Positions 23,012-36,900 of a stretch of DNA of 64,000 nucleotides are shown in pieces (the first letter of the stretch is position 1; the number at the start of each line of letters is the position of its first letter). The stretch covers positions 620,001 through 684,000 of the forward strand of contig OZ287068.1 in assembly GCA_965645245.1 (NCBI GenBank), given 5' to 3'. Position numbers and translations under genes: made by a program. Origin of the DNA: Massalongia carnosa (Eukaryota). Below the pieces are notes generated by a model. The model saw only the letters and a program-made list of their open reading frames with translations. It had not been told where the DNA came from and ran no database searches.

Positions 23012-25655
23012 TCAATCATCATCAGTTGAATTATCCCAGTCCTTCTTCTCCACAAAACTTTCATTACCGTTGAGATCAAGTCTCGCCAGGAATTCTTGCG
23101 GGATTGTGGGTATGTATTTCCGCTCCCTTTCCCTATTCATACCGCCGTACCCAGCTCCATAGCTGAGCCTCATGTCTACTGTGGTGGGCAACGAGAACTG
23201 CAACATATGTGCCGTATCTACCAAGAGACTTTCTGACATGCATTCTTCTTCCTCCGCCTGAGATCCGTCGTCCTGTCCCAAGGGTTGGTGACCGATAGGA
23301 AATAACGGTGATTGGAGCAAGTCCGGGCTTCCATCGTTCTTCTCTATCGCTTGATTACGTCGTAGTGTTCCTTGGTCTAGTTGATTAGCAAGAGCCTCGC
23401 GATCACGCCGAATCTTCTCCACGCGCTTCTTCTTCTCCGCTTGCAAGCTCAGAAGACGTTTACGAGCGATTTTTGGCAACGGTTTTTCTTCCTTTTCATA
23501 TCTGTAGTTACTGCTTGAGTGAAGTAGCTGCTGCGGGCTGAGCTTCGTAAACTGGTTTAACGTATTCTCCAACGAGTCCAACGAGTGGGGGTTATCGCCC
23601 AAAGAAGAAAAGCATTGCAGCCATTGAAGTAGTTGGATAACTGAAGTGAAGTGTTTTCGCGCTGCATCTACCATGTTCTCACCTGACGAGGTAAGAGAGC
23701 CATTCTCGTAATGTTCCGGTGAACGATTGTTTGCTCTGGCCCAATCTTCAAGAACGGAGATGTTCATCCGAATCTGCATGGCTTTTGTTCTCGCGAGGTA
23801 AGCTTTATTTAGTATGATGTGGTTGAAAAGCTCCGCTCCTATCCAATAGAATAATTGAGCTAGGATCTGCGCAACTATGACTGAATGGATGTCATAAAGG
23901 TCAAGGACAAAGAGAGTTGACGAAAGTAATGATGTGATGTTTCTTGGAGATGGCTGGGTTCTTTTGTTTGCAGGCGGTGGCTTATAAGTCACAGATTCCG
24001 GGATTTGTGTTTTGTTCTTCGAGCGAAATAATTTCCACTCACCCACAAACTCCAAGTTCTCGAACGGAATAGTCTCGTGATCGAGGATAGCCGCATCGAG
24101 AATTTTGTCCATTCTTCGCTCCGCATCTCTGATGATTAGAATGAAGATCTCGTTGATTAGCTCGACAAGTTGGACTTGGAATTCGGTGGTCGCCTCCACG
24201 AGGCCAGTATCCTTCTTTAGGTAGTGAAGAAGTAGAGTAGCATTGGAGATCCAGAAAGCCAGGACTGTCATATCCCATTGGTGCCGTTCAACCTTTGCGT
24301 TGATTTTGTCCATAGCCGTCTCGAGCAACATGGTCAACAGGTCACGGCTAGCATGATAATGGGCATAGCGTGCACTTAGAAACAAGACATTCGCAGGTAC
24401 CGGCTTCTGCGATGGAGATCTCTGTGGAGTCATTGTGGTGATAATAATATCCAAGATTTGCCCTAGCTCGTGTTCTTGAAAAACAAACATTTGATCGTTT
24501 AGGCATTTGTCCCAGATAAACTCTTGTTGTTCTTCTAATTCTTCAGGGGACTAATCCGTTAATTAGCCCAAGGATCTCTGTACACCTTCAAGCTAGAACC
24601 TACTTCAGGACGTTCGTCCATGCCCAAACTAGATAGATCAACTTCTAGATTCATAGAGCTTTCCATCATCATACGTCTTTTCATCTCATTCTCTTCCATT
24701 TCTTGCTCAAATCTGTCCTGAGAAAATCCGTTATCATAAAAGTCCTCGCCCACTCCAACATCACCAATATGATAGCCATGTTGGTGTAAGAAATTTGATA
24801 TTTCGCTATTGGGTGCAGCAAAGTCATAGGCTGTCCGACCCGAGGACGATTTGACCTCTGGTGAAGCGCCATGATCCAACAGGGTTTTGGCAATATCTTT
24901 ATGTCGGTTTGTCATTGCCCACATAAGCGAAGTCCATTGATTTTTGTCTTGTCGGTCAACTTCTGCACCAGCCTCAAGCAACGCTACTACAACATCGTGA
25001 TGTCCCTAAAAACAATGATGAGACAAATTACCCAAATTTTTATCCCTTTCAAAACTTACAAAGCAGCTGGCATAAATGATTGGCGCTGTTCCTTCCTCAT
25101 CTGGCCCATTGACATCTATATAGATTTTTGCTGCTCCATGCAATAGCTTTCCTACCCGCTCCATATCGCCATTACTGGCAGCCATGTGCAAAAATCTCTG
25201 CAGAATCGTTCTTTTCTTTATTTCTGGAAGTGATTCGTTGTTCAGGACCGAGTCTTCATCACCCCCGGCCGAGTCATCTTCTCGATGCGCAGCTTGAGAT
25301 GCTAACATTTCAATCAACCTCGAGTCATTGTCCTCGAGCCTTTGCGTAGCGCTTTCATCGTCAAAGCCATGATCATCCAACGACAAATTGAATGCAAGCG
25401 GCTGAGCGGGAACCGGGCTTGTGAGGAACTGTGATTGACCTGTCATGATCATTCTTAGCGGCTTGGCCAGTGGGGTTATGCAGATGACTGAGAGCCTCAC
25501 TCCATACCTTGCCAGGCATCATACATCTCGGTTTCTCCACCGTACTCGCGCACAGGTTGTCGGTCGTCTAAGGATCTGGGCAAGTTAGGCGGAAGCGGTC
25601 GGCGGTGTGGTAGCTCATCATCTTCCTCCTCTAAATGGGAATCTCCATTATGCAT
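23012..25655 (-). CDS. Ankyrin-repeat plus Dilute (DIL) domain protein
   Basis: Exons 25655-25508, 25439-25060, 25005-24604 and 24550-23012. Ankyrin motifs LHMAASNGD, DEEGTAPIIYASCFGH, DKNQWTSLMWA. DIL features FWISNATLLLHYL, QLFYWIGAELFN, QIRMNISVLEDW. Confidence 0.9.
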
Positions 25656-26384
25656 GTTGAGTCAACGGCATCAGGAGCCTTAATATGCGCAAGACTCTCC
25701 TAAGTTTAGCTGTGGTTTTCTCAGTAACCAAGTTCGAGCCCGAATATCCAGTTAATGGGGCCAATGAGTTCTGAAAATACCTAGATTCTTAGAACCCAGT
25801 CTTTAGTTGCTGGTTTAAAGTGTTCCGACCATTGTTTACACCTAAGGTTCATTTAAAGAATTGCCCTGGAAGAAAATTGTTGAGGCATCAGCTTGATATC
25901 GATGGCGGGATGGAAAGGCAATGCCCCTCTGCTATTGGCGGCACAGACAGAAAAGGGAAGTTGAAGCGGCTTGCTGATAAGAGAGTGTTCGGGCCGATAT
26001 TATTCCATAAAATCACGTGGGGGTGCTGGTTCTGAACGCGGGCCTCTTGCTTGCTTGCTTTCGGAAGGACAGTTGAACATTATGATGTACAGGTAAGATA
26101 GGCCCTCGTTTTAAGCTTTCACAAAACGTCTCTCAACCTTAAGAGAAGCATATATTCCTAGCTCAGTTGGATCATTGTTGTCTTCCAGTAGTTTGGCCTG
26201 GACTCCATGTGTTTTTTAAACTAATGTAAACACACCCCTTACGTGGCGATGCAACTCGTTTCTTCCACAAGTCACTCCCTTGTCATCTGCTCGTTACATA
26301 TTTCACTTTTTGTATAATCAAAGGGTTTTGAATATCGTCATGAACAGGCTAGCTTATTAGCCTATTAGTCCCCAAAGAGGCAGC

Positions 26385-29351
26385 ATGAAGAAATTCGGTA
26401 AAGGGCATCAGTCACTGGAGACTGTGCCTTTCGGCGCACCTCAAAATGTCAAAATACTAGCACTAGCCGATGACCCTGAAGATACTCCGTTGATAGCTCA
26501 TCACGGAGAGAGCCAGGTCATTGAAAACCCTGCGCTTTATGGTGACCCAGAAAAAAGGCGTTCCCCTTTCAGACATCTACAGCAGCTGCTGATGAAATAT
26601 CTCACAAATCTTTCACTGCCGGTCTTGCTGCTTGGAGGTGTAATTGCGCTTATTTACTTTGGAGGTGTGTAATCATGAATTCAGGGTTGATTTTACTGAA
26701 ACCTGTGTAGTGGTCTACCACCGGAAGTCGGTGCAAGAGCCTGTGGCAATCTGTCTTACTCCCGCCTGTGTTCTTGCTGCGTCTGAACTACTAAAAAATA
26801 TGTCTCCTAGACGTGATGAAATTGACCCATGTACGAGCTTTGACAAGTATGTCTGTGAGGGATGGGAAGAAAATCATGACCTTCGTGCAGACCAGGATAG
26901 CTCCTTTACGGGCACCATCATGGAGGAAACGTCGCAACAGATTCTACGTCACGTGCTGGAGTCACCATATACGGATAGCCATCAATTGGTTGAGATTAGC
27001 TCATTGGCTGAAAAGCAATTGTTCACTAAACTTCAAGACGCCTACAATGCGTGCATGAATGAAGATAAAATTAAGGAAATTGGTTCGAGACCGTTACTAG
27101 AAGTTCTCCGCCAGATAGAGAAACTCTTCCCTGCCGTAGCTCCCCAAAGGGCTTTTGACTCTTTCCCCCACCAAGTCGAGCAATATCAGAAAGGCATGTC
27201 TTTCAAGGAGAATAATCATTTATCAAACACTATAATATATCTCGAAAGTATTGGCGTCACCACACTAGTCTCTTTCACTGTCGGTGTAAGTCTTTAACTC
27301 ATAGTTTTTGTTTTTTCAAATCGTGTAAGAGCTAAGTTGATTCTATATAGGCTGATGATAAAGACCCTGATTCTGTCGTTCTTCATATTACTGCTCCACG
27401 TGCGCCTGGTTTGCCGTCAAAGGAGTATTACCAAGATAAGCAAGTTCTCGCCGACTATTCCAGAACAATCGGACAGGTACTAGAGGCTTTGCTTCAAGAA
27501 GCGAAACCTACCTCTCTAATTTACACGAGTCTTGCCGCCCTTACGAGCGAAGACCTAGTTAAATCTGTTGTCGGGTTTGAGTCGACGCTAGCACAAGCAA
27601 CTCCTGCTACAGAAGACGCGGAAGATGTCACGAAATATTATAACCCGCGCTCCCTGGAAGAGACGGATTCTCTTTTTCCACAGCTATCGATTGAACATAT
27701 CGTCTCAAGCCTAGCACCAACCGGTTACACGCCTGATAGATTAATCATTGGATCACCTTCTTATCTTCGGACCTTGTCGGGGCTTTTAAAGAACACTACA
27801 GTAGAGACCCTTCAAGCATATTTTGTTTGGAAGACAGTGCAAACATATGCGTCCCTAGTTAAGGACGACGCTGTAAAACCACTTTTAAAATTCAACAATC
27901 AGTTGCAAGGAAAGGACCCTGAAGCCACTGAAGAACGATGGAGGACTTGCGTTCAGTTCGCGGATGACGGTCTTAGTATGTTCTGATAGCCATTCTATTC
28001 ACCTTTTAAATTGCACTGCTTCTATCTTACCCTAAGGTATGAATGCAGCTAACACATACTGAATCACTAGGCTGGATACTAAGTAGCTTTTTCATCAAAA
28101 AAGCATTCTCGGAAGATGCCAAGGATTTTGGTGACCATATAGTTTCCGACATCAAAGAGCAATTCATTGAGAAGCTACATGCCGCAGAATGGATGAGCAG
28201 AGAGATCAGAAAATTAGGTGTGGAGAAAGGTAGACCAATCTCTTTCCTTGATACAACTGAAGACGGGGCTTATTACTGAATGATTAGTGCATAATATTGT
28301 GCAAAAAATTGGATTTCCCACAAAAAGCCCAGACGTTCGCAACTCTTCCGACTTGCAGAAGTATTATGCCACCGTTAATATCTCAAGCACCGAGTTTTTC
28401 CAGAACGCGATATCAGTTGCCCAGTTCGATATTCATAGAGAATGGTCTGCTCTTGGAAAACCAGCCAACAGGGATGAATGGGATATGACTGTACCAACAG
28501 TCAACGTAAGTAATCGTTTGCTATCAAGTTTAAGGTTTTATCTATTTGTCTGCTCGTTAGATCCATCCTTCAGCTGTGCTAATTGATTATGTTAACTCAG
28601 GCTTATTATAATCCGGCTGGCAACGAGATCGTCTTTCCTGCCGGTATCATGCAAGCTCCCGTATTTTACGACCCCAGTGTCCCAAATTATCTCAGTTACG
28701 GTGCATTTGGAGCTATTAGCGGGCACGAGCTTTCCCACGGTAAGCCCATCACCAACGGCAGCGAAGAGCGCACTAGCTAATTCCGCAAGCCTTCGACTCA
28801 ACGGGAAGGCACTTCGACAAGACCGGGAATTTCACCGAATGGTGGGACAACAAAACAATCACGGCCTTCCAAACCAAGGCGCAATGCTTCGTCGACCAGT
28901 TTCATGAATTCACCGTCCCCGGCCCGGACGCCAAGCCCCTGCACGTGAACGGCAAACTCACTCTGGGCGAGAATATCGCCGATGCGGGCGGCCTGAGCGC
29001 CTCGTTCGCCGCGTGGAAGCAGCTCGAGAAGGCCCGCCCGTCGCAGCTGCTCCCGGGTCTGCAGGATTTCTCCAAGGACCAGGTGTTCTTCATCTCCTAT
29101 GCGAACTGGTGGTGCAGCAAGACCAGGAAGGAATCGGCCATCAGCAAAATCTATCAGGATCCGCATGCACCTAAGTGGGCCCGTATCCTGGTAAGTCTTT
29201 ACCCATGATGATGACGAGGATGAGGATGATGGTGATGATGGGTGCTGGGGGCGTTGCGCTAACTCGTGAGCAGGGGACGATGGCCAATTCGAGAGAGTTC
29301 AAGGAGAGCTTCGGTTGCGCGGCGAAGGAGCCAAGATGTGAGCTATGGTAA
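26385..29351 (+). CDS. M13 family zinc metallopeptidase (neprilysin/endothelin-converting enzyme-like), type II membrane anchor
   Basis: Exons 26385-26664, 26711-27285, 27351-27975, 28071-28229, 28288-28505, 28601-28739, 28790-29190 and 29274-29351. Motifs CLTPACV, IDPC..F..YVC, VNAYY, HELSH, GENIAD.GG, C-terminal CELW. N-terminal hydrophobic segment. Confidence 0.95.
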
Positions 29352-30374
29352 AGGGAGGTGATGTTGGAGTATGTTATATCTCTCTACCAACGATCGGAAG
29401 GGTGCGGAAAGCGGAATGTACGTGGACGATGGATTCTTTGGGTTACTGGAAGCCATATACCTATTCTGTATACTCTACACTACCTAAATAGGTAAATATG
29501 TGCAAGCGAGCATTGGAATATAGATAGATATATCTTTACATATGTAGCTAACATATGTAACACCTTAAGTATTCAATACCTTGTGCAAGCAAATACGAGT
29601 ACAATCTAATAGGTATATATATACCTACCTATATCAAGCATCCCCTCCCAATTCTCAGAAGAACCAAACCCCATCTACACAAAACGCCCGCCCATCTATC
29701 CAGAAGCCCCCCCATACATACCTATGTACATACCTACCTACTATATCCACCGAATCCCTCTTTCTCTTCTATTTTACCCCCCCCCCCCCCAAAACAATTC
29801 TCCTTACCCTTCTATGACCACCACCTACCTACCCACCTGCCAACCTACCAACTTACCTATCCATCCCTCGTCGCAACAGCTCGAAAAATCGCGGGAAAAA
29901 CAGGACAAGACATCACGCGGCCTAAAGGCTGAATCAACTAACTAGTATTTATATATAGACGAGCGTAATTAGTCGGGGCCTGCATGCAACTGCTCTTGCG
30001 TCTGGCGCATCCGCGCGCCCCGTCACTCGACCGATCCTCGCGCAAAACGTTTAGCTACTGCAGCCTTTTGCATAGATCGCTTAAGAGGGAACGACTGCGG
30101 GGGGGCCCCATCAGACTTCTTAAATGCGGACTTTTTAAAAAAACCGAAAAATCAAATAGAGAACATGGCGTTTGGCATTAGTGAATTCTTGTAAACGGCA
30201 CGGCATTTTCTTTTTCACTAGGGAAGTCGGAAAAAGGTATATAGCGCAGGGTACCTAGTAGGTAGCTTCCATCAACGGCCCAGGAAGTCACACCTTGAGC
30301 GAAGGGATTTCGTTGGGAAGAAAAAGAAAGAAATCCCCCACGAAGCCCCCAACGAGCATTCAAATCATAACCTC

Positions 30375-32200
30375 CCACTCCCACTACGACGTGATCCGCC
30401 TCCCTGCTGATCGTTGACCGCAACCGCTCGGTGGGCGGCGTATGGGCGCAGGAGAACCTGTACCCGGGGCTGCGCGCCAACAACCTGGTCGGCACGTATG
30501 AGTTCTCGGATTTCCCCATGCACGAGGGCTTCGGCGTGCGGCGCGGTGAGCACATCCCCGGTAAGGTTGTGCACGAGTATTTCCGGCAGTACCCGGAGCG
30601 GTTCGGTCTCGCGCGCCGGCTGTTGCTTGGGTGGAAGGTAAGGAGCGCTGAATTGGTGGCGGGGGGAGGGGTGGAGGTTGGCGCTGGAGTCGGTAAGTAG
30701 GGATCAAGGGGAGGAGCGAGATTACGTGTGGAAAATTGATGGTGGCTACGGGACTGACTAGCTCGCCTGCTCCTGTTGATTTTCTCGGTAGTGCGGACTT
30801 CCACGTCCCCATCATAAATTTTGGGTCTTTCCAAAGGGAGACGGACAGGATTCTCCAAGATCCTGCAATCAAGCATGTTACGGTTCATGGCGCGGGGAAA
30901 GCTGCTCATGACACCGTGTACCTGTTAGCAGCTGCAGGGAAGCGCGTGACGTGGATCGTCCGCGCGTCAGGTCATGGTCCGGTCTTCATGGCACCGGCAC
31001 ACATCTACGTAGGGCTGTTTCTGTGCTGGTTGGAGATGCTGCCAGCGACACCTTCTTCTCGTGGTTTTCGCCTTGCGTATGGGGGGATGCTGACGGGTTC
31101 GGGTACATACGGTCGCTGCTGCATGGGACGAGGGTAGGAAGATGCATCACCGACAATTTTTGGAAAAAGCTGGAGACGGAAACCATCGAGCAGGCGGGGC
31201 TGAATGAGCATGAGAGACTGGAGAACTTGAAGCCCTTCAGTTCGGCTTTCTGGTATTCGACCGGGCTAGCGATATTGAACTACCCAACCAGCCTTTATGC
31301 TCTGGTGACAAGCGGGCAAATTGAAGTAGTGTAGAAGGACGTTGAGCGCCTTAAAGCGGGGAATATGATCCAATTCACAGACGGAAAGGCGGTGGCGACC
31401 GATGCATTGATTTGTAGCATTGGGTGGAGTTTTGTGCCTGACATCAAGTTCCTGCCGGAGAGCCAGCACTTGGAGCTTGGCATCCCGAGCACGCGGTACA
31501 CCAAGTCGCAAAAAGAGCTGTGGGCAAAACTGAACGCGCGAGCGGACGTGGAGATTCTCAATCGCTACCCCCAACTCCGGGAGGGTCCACGGTTGGAGTA
31601 TAACTCGTTGAGCGTCCGCAAAAACCTCTCATCTTCTTTGCAGGAACAATCACAAAGGCAACAAGAGGAATGTACTCCTTGGAGGCTATGGAGAGGGATA
31701 GTGCCGCCATTGATGAAGGAGAAAAACCTTGTGTTCTTAGGCATAGTTTCCAACTTGCAGGGAGCAATCACCAACGAAATCGGGGGGCTCTGGGCATATG
31801 CTTATCTAAACGGAGAACTTGACGGTGTCACAAGAGGCCTCAGCGTAACACGTCCTCGGGACGGGGAATCCAAGAATAGATTACATGACACTCTCAGCCA
31901 TATAGGGAACGAGAAGGAAAATGGAATAGTGACTGATGAACAAAGTCGCCTTCTGTACGAGACAGCAATCTTCAACCGCTTCGGCTACTGGCGATATCCA
32001 TGCGGATATGCGGTGTGCTTTCCAGACTTCGTCTTCGATGGGATTCCCTTTTTTGATCTATTACTTCAAGACCTGGGTTGGATTCGCTGGCGCAAAGGCT
32101 GGGGGTGGTTGGGCGAGATATTCGGAGGCCCATCGAGGGCTGGCCGACGAATGGCGACAGACGAGAGGTGGGCGTTCAACCTCAGGTACTCTAGCTTTTG
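30375..32200 (+). pseudogene. Flavin-containing monooxygenase (FMO-like) pseudogene
   Basis: Motifs GGVW...LYPGL..NN..GTYEFSDFPM, KLMVATGLTS, GAGKAAHD and DALICSIGW are spread over several frames. In-frame TAG at 31332-31334, frameshifts near 30670, 30720, 31050 and 32130, and the first GxGxxG is missing. Confidence 0.85.
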
Positions 32201-33945
32201 GGGGAGGGGGGAGGTAGGGGGGAGGATATGAACATGAATGGGTCTTGATAGACATGGGTAGTTTATATACTCCGGACCGAGTACTTTCGATACCTTGACC
32301 TCTGGTAATTGGCGTAATTGGGGTTTCGAACCCTAAAGAACTACAGAGCACCATCGAACAATGTCCATCCATCCTTGAGAACTACTCTGTAAAGCTACTG
32401 TAACTAGTAATTGAGCTTTGAAATGACCTTACCACTTTCGGGCGGGCTAATGAACGCGGGTGTGGGCCTAAAAGGGAAATCCAGATCTGGGCGTTCTTAC
32501 TTACTTACTGTGTAAGTAATTAACTAGCTCAGTCCTCTACACGAACCGCAACTGATCTTTGGTGTTGTTTCCTCGCACATTTACGGGGAAGCTTGGAGGT
32601 GCATCCTCATCAAACCGCACTTTTCATGTTCCATGTTCGTACGAGTATTTAGAGCTGAGGTCAATATATATGGGTATGCAGAGTGATACATCACATTTCT
32701 GTACTCTGTACTTCGTACGGACTCCGGAGTACTCCGTACGGTCGGATGAGATGTAGAGCGGCTCGCACCTTGGGCCTCGGTCCCGACACCTTGGAAATCG
32801 TCCCGCACGGCCCCGGAAATCAATCACTTTTTTTCTGTTTCCCCGAAAAGCTACCGAGTACGGAGTACTCTGCACGGAATACGGAGTACCCTTTGGGTAC
32901 ATCTACCAAGCGACAACTAGATCACACGAAGTTGACACTACGGCCAGAGCGGAACGGGGCAAAGGAGAGCACACCCCCAATGGAGATACGATCAGCGAGC
33001 CGGGAATCTGGGTGGTGGGCGGAAGGGTTTGTCACCTTAACTTTCGGCCGGGTTGTAGGAGGGGTGTGATTAGGCGGGCCCAAATTGAGGGTTTTGAATG
33101 GCATCTCCAGCCGAGGCTTCGTCCACATCGAGTTCCGCGTCGCTTCGTATGATTCGCTGGTTCGGATGGAGTACCTCTGTACAGCGATGTTTCTATGCCA
33201 GAGTATCGGTGGTGTGGAACTGTGCCATTTCGTCGTTTGGAACAGAACACGTATGGTACTCGGTACAGTGTACTCGGTACAAAGTACCGAGTACCTTTTG
33301 GGTGCGCTTTGATTGTCTGGCATCGAAACGTTTACCGCTTCTTTTGCGAGATTACCTACTAATACTCCCTTACGCACATCACGTTAGACCATGTCTTTTC
33401 TTCTACCCAATCAAGGTTCAACAGCCCTGCCCAGATGTGACGGAATGATCCTTGTTCTCCTCCACACTGCTGAAATTGGCGTACTTCCTAGGTTAGGGCT
33501 AGCCGTCTTGGCTGTTATCTGTTTACATAACCTGCCAAGACTCGGCTGCTACGTCCCGAACATCCCGTAATCCCCTCCTGCAGCTGTAAGTCCAACCTCC
33601 ACAGTAGAACACAAACCCCCCTAGTTCTTCAACGTTCCCCGTCATAGAAGCCACGGGCTCACCGCCGTTCTCGAGATCTCGATCGCTTGGACACCCATTC
33701 AACACGACCGTTGGACTCATGGCTCTGAGGTCGGCGCTACGATTGCGGAAGATCTAGGCTTGCGATGACCCGCCCAAAAATAGCCGTCGCCGATCTCTTC
33801 TTCTCCCGATCGCATCTGGCCGCCAACACTGGGTGACGGCGAGGACGAAAGCGACAGACTAGGGATCGAAATCCGGTGGAGGTGGACGATATATCTAGAT
33901 GCAACGGAAATTGGGTGTGGAACATATCGGTGACGGGTAGATCCC

Positions 33946-36900
33946 ATGTCCACATCGCCTAAGCTCCGCAGCTCGGAGTCTTTTCAACTTCGGGAACAAA
34001 CATCGTCGCTCGTCAAACGAAAGTGGAACGGCCAGCATTTGAACATCTCCTCGGAACCCGGAGAGGCTCGCATGGATGGTGTGTTGGCGCCAGGGCATGA
34101 TAGAGAACGACGGGAGGTGGTGAGGAGGAAATCAACCGAGAAGCCAGAACTCAGAGGTCGCCAGAATTCTCAGCGCCATGTGAAAAACAGCAAAGAGCTC
34201 CTTCGACAGCGATCGACCAAAAGGGTGAAAGACGTAGGGCCAGATGGAACGACGGGTGCAAGAGAAGGTAGACAGTTTACCGTGGCAAATGTGGGGAATA
34301 ATGGAAAGATATACCTCAGGTACGAGTAGACTTGGTGTCTGTGTCATCATGGTGGAACGATTTCTGTCGTTTCACCATGCCGGCCAAGTAGCCAAGCTGA
34401 TGTATTGGTCAGACCTGCTGTGCGACCTACGCCGCAAAAACCGCAATCGCCACCTTTTGTCTTTCCTCCTGTAACGCCTCCGGATAGCGCGAAATTCGGC
34501 ATGAACGCGAAATACTTTGCTCAGGATCAGCTTCGAGATGACGAGTGGTCGGATACGCAAAAGTCAGGGAAACCGGCTCAGGCCCGGCGCGCTAGATCCA
34601 CCGGTCGTGGGACCCAAACACATTCGCCTTCGCGGCGGCCTCGCGCTCACTCGTTATCAACCGTAGACAGCCAGGCTGGTGGGCAAGGACCACGAACGAG
34701 AGATTATAAGATTGTTATAGAGCATCCAAAAGCGACCTCGAACAACGGCGTGTTACCAACGATAGAGGTGCCCATTCCACACTACCGGCTTGGCACCCCC
34801 AGATTCAGCGCTCGAGGGACAGCATTTCTTCATAGTTCGGTGTATACCCGGACCTCGACAAATGAAGATATCGGATCCTCTGCCCTTTCGGCCGCTGAGT
34901 TTGATAGGCTATGGCCGGTTCCGCCGGGCATGGAGGGGCGCTCGGTTCTATCCCGCCGACACTCGCATGCATCTCCGCAACCATACTCGGTGCGAATCGC
35001 TCCTATGAACGAGGTGAACAGCAACGCTGCGGTAACCTCGTCGCCTGCGTTCCATCGATCCAAGCAACCCATCGTGGCAGGAATATTTGACGCGATGGCC
35101 TTGAACCCGGATGATCCTGCCATTGTACGCTATTCGCCAGCTACCGGCGAGATTACCGCAGCTTCTCCGGCGCGCATCATTGCACAGATCACGTCGAAAA
35201 ATTTCCTGGATTATGAGCTTCTCTCGGATTTCTTTCTCACCGTCCGGTCGTATTTACCAACGCATGAACTGTTGGCCTATCTGCTGGCGCGGTTCGAGTG
35301 GGCCATCAACCGATTCGATGACGACGGCCGAGTCATTCGGGTCCGTGCATTTGCGGCTCTCCGGCATTGGATTCTCAATTACTTCCCCTATGATTTTGTC
35401 ATTGATCGCGAGCTACGGGTTAAGTTTTGCGAGCGCTTGAACGCTCTGTCCACCACCGTGCGCGAAAGATCCATCCACGGTCCTAGCGATTTGAAGTTGA
35501 TCCTAGATCTCAAAAAATGCTGGAACGGACGTTGCGCGCTCTATTGGGACAACCTATCGCCGGACCATGAAGGTCGCCATGACTTGGATATTAGCCCTGG
35601 AGGCATTGCTGGGAGCCGCGATAGCCGGCTGACGCATCCGAGTCAGCTTTGGGCTAGAACGGTTGAGCTTCCCCTGGCCAAAATCGACAGCGTTGTGGAT
35701 CCCAAAGAGTCAGAAACGGCTCTCAACAACTGGTTCGATGCGGTCATAGAAGCCGAAGATAACAGAAAGACCCATCAAAGGCAAACATCCGTCGTTAGTT
35801 CCCGGAGCCTTCCCACCTCTCCGATCAGTGAACAAAGCATTCAAGCCATGTCGTGCACCTTGCCAGGGAAGGGCATCAAAAAGATTATAGCCCATTCCAA
35901 CCGCAACGGAGGCGCGCACCCGGTACCTGTGCCCATGGCAGTGCGTAAAGTCTGCCCTGCAGCGCCCTCAGCGGTTGCCAATGATCGGCCCGCCGAACCG
36001 AATCATGCTCATAAGCGGAGCGGAAGCTTTTCCGATGCCTTTCGAGACAAGCGGGCGTCTTTGCCCTCAATGCGGGTCGAGCCAGCGGATGAGCCTGTTA
36101 TGATGGCATTCCCATATTCGGGCAGTCTAATCCGGGGCAGCGTTTTACCTCCAGGCTCGCCGTATCTGGATCCTTTCAACTTGAATAGCTCCATCTCCGA
36201 TCTGCGGAGTTTATCATCGCACGATGATGAAAGCGATAGCCCGGAGAGTAGCAAGTTCAGCTCCCCCTTGAGTCCTGGTGTGAAGAATTTATTTGGAAGC
36301 ATTCGTCGAGCGTTGAGTAGTAAGCAAGCCTCGGGCCATCAGTCGTCTACCGTGGTCGGCAATGCCCCCGCGGCGTCTTCCAAAAGTTCGACCCTTCCGC
36401 TCAGTGTCTCCCACCAGAAAGAACTACAGACGGAGAAACGGCATCTAGACGTTTTACCGAAACAGTCTCGTATCGATCTTCTCTGCGCCGATGTCGCCGA
36501 GGTATATCAGCGAGCTCTCTTGCATGGTCTAGAATATGACTTGCGATCGATCAGCAGCATTGGAGTGGCCGCTGGGAACGATCGTCCACAACCGTCGCCG
36601 GAGTTTCAGAACGTCGATTATGTTCCGCCTGAGGCGGCAACACGAGATAACAGCGAAGTTGCTTATGGTAGTCGATCGATTGTCGTTTTTGACGACACAG
36701 GAGATGCGCCGCCAGTACCTGCTTTGCCCACCAAAGAGGATCTATTCGCGGCGGAAGAACGGTCACGTGGGTTAAAGAATGGGTCGATTTTGAAGGCACA
36801 TTCCGTGACCTCCCCACCCTCTGGCCCTGGATTGAGTGGGGTTCAGCCGAGGAGATTCCAGAACCCACCACCGCAAACCCCGGAGCAAGTCTCCCCTTTG

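Noticed and set aside
30178..30909. 243-aa minus-strand ORF
   Set aside because: Antisense shadow of the GC-rich FMO pseudogene.
33028..33050. GTCACCTTAACTTT resembling GTTACTTTAACTTT near 6492
   Set aside because: Only two short imperfect copies; could be chance.
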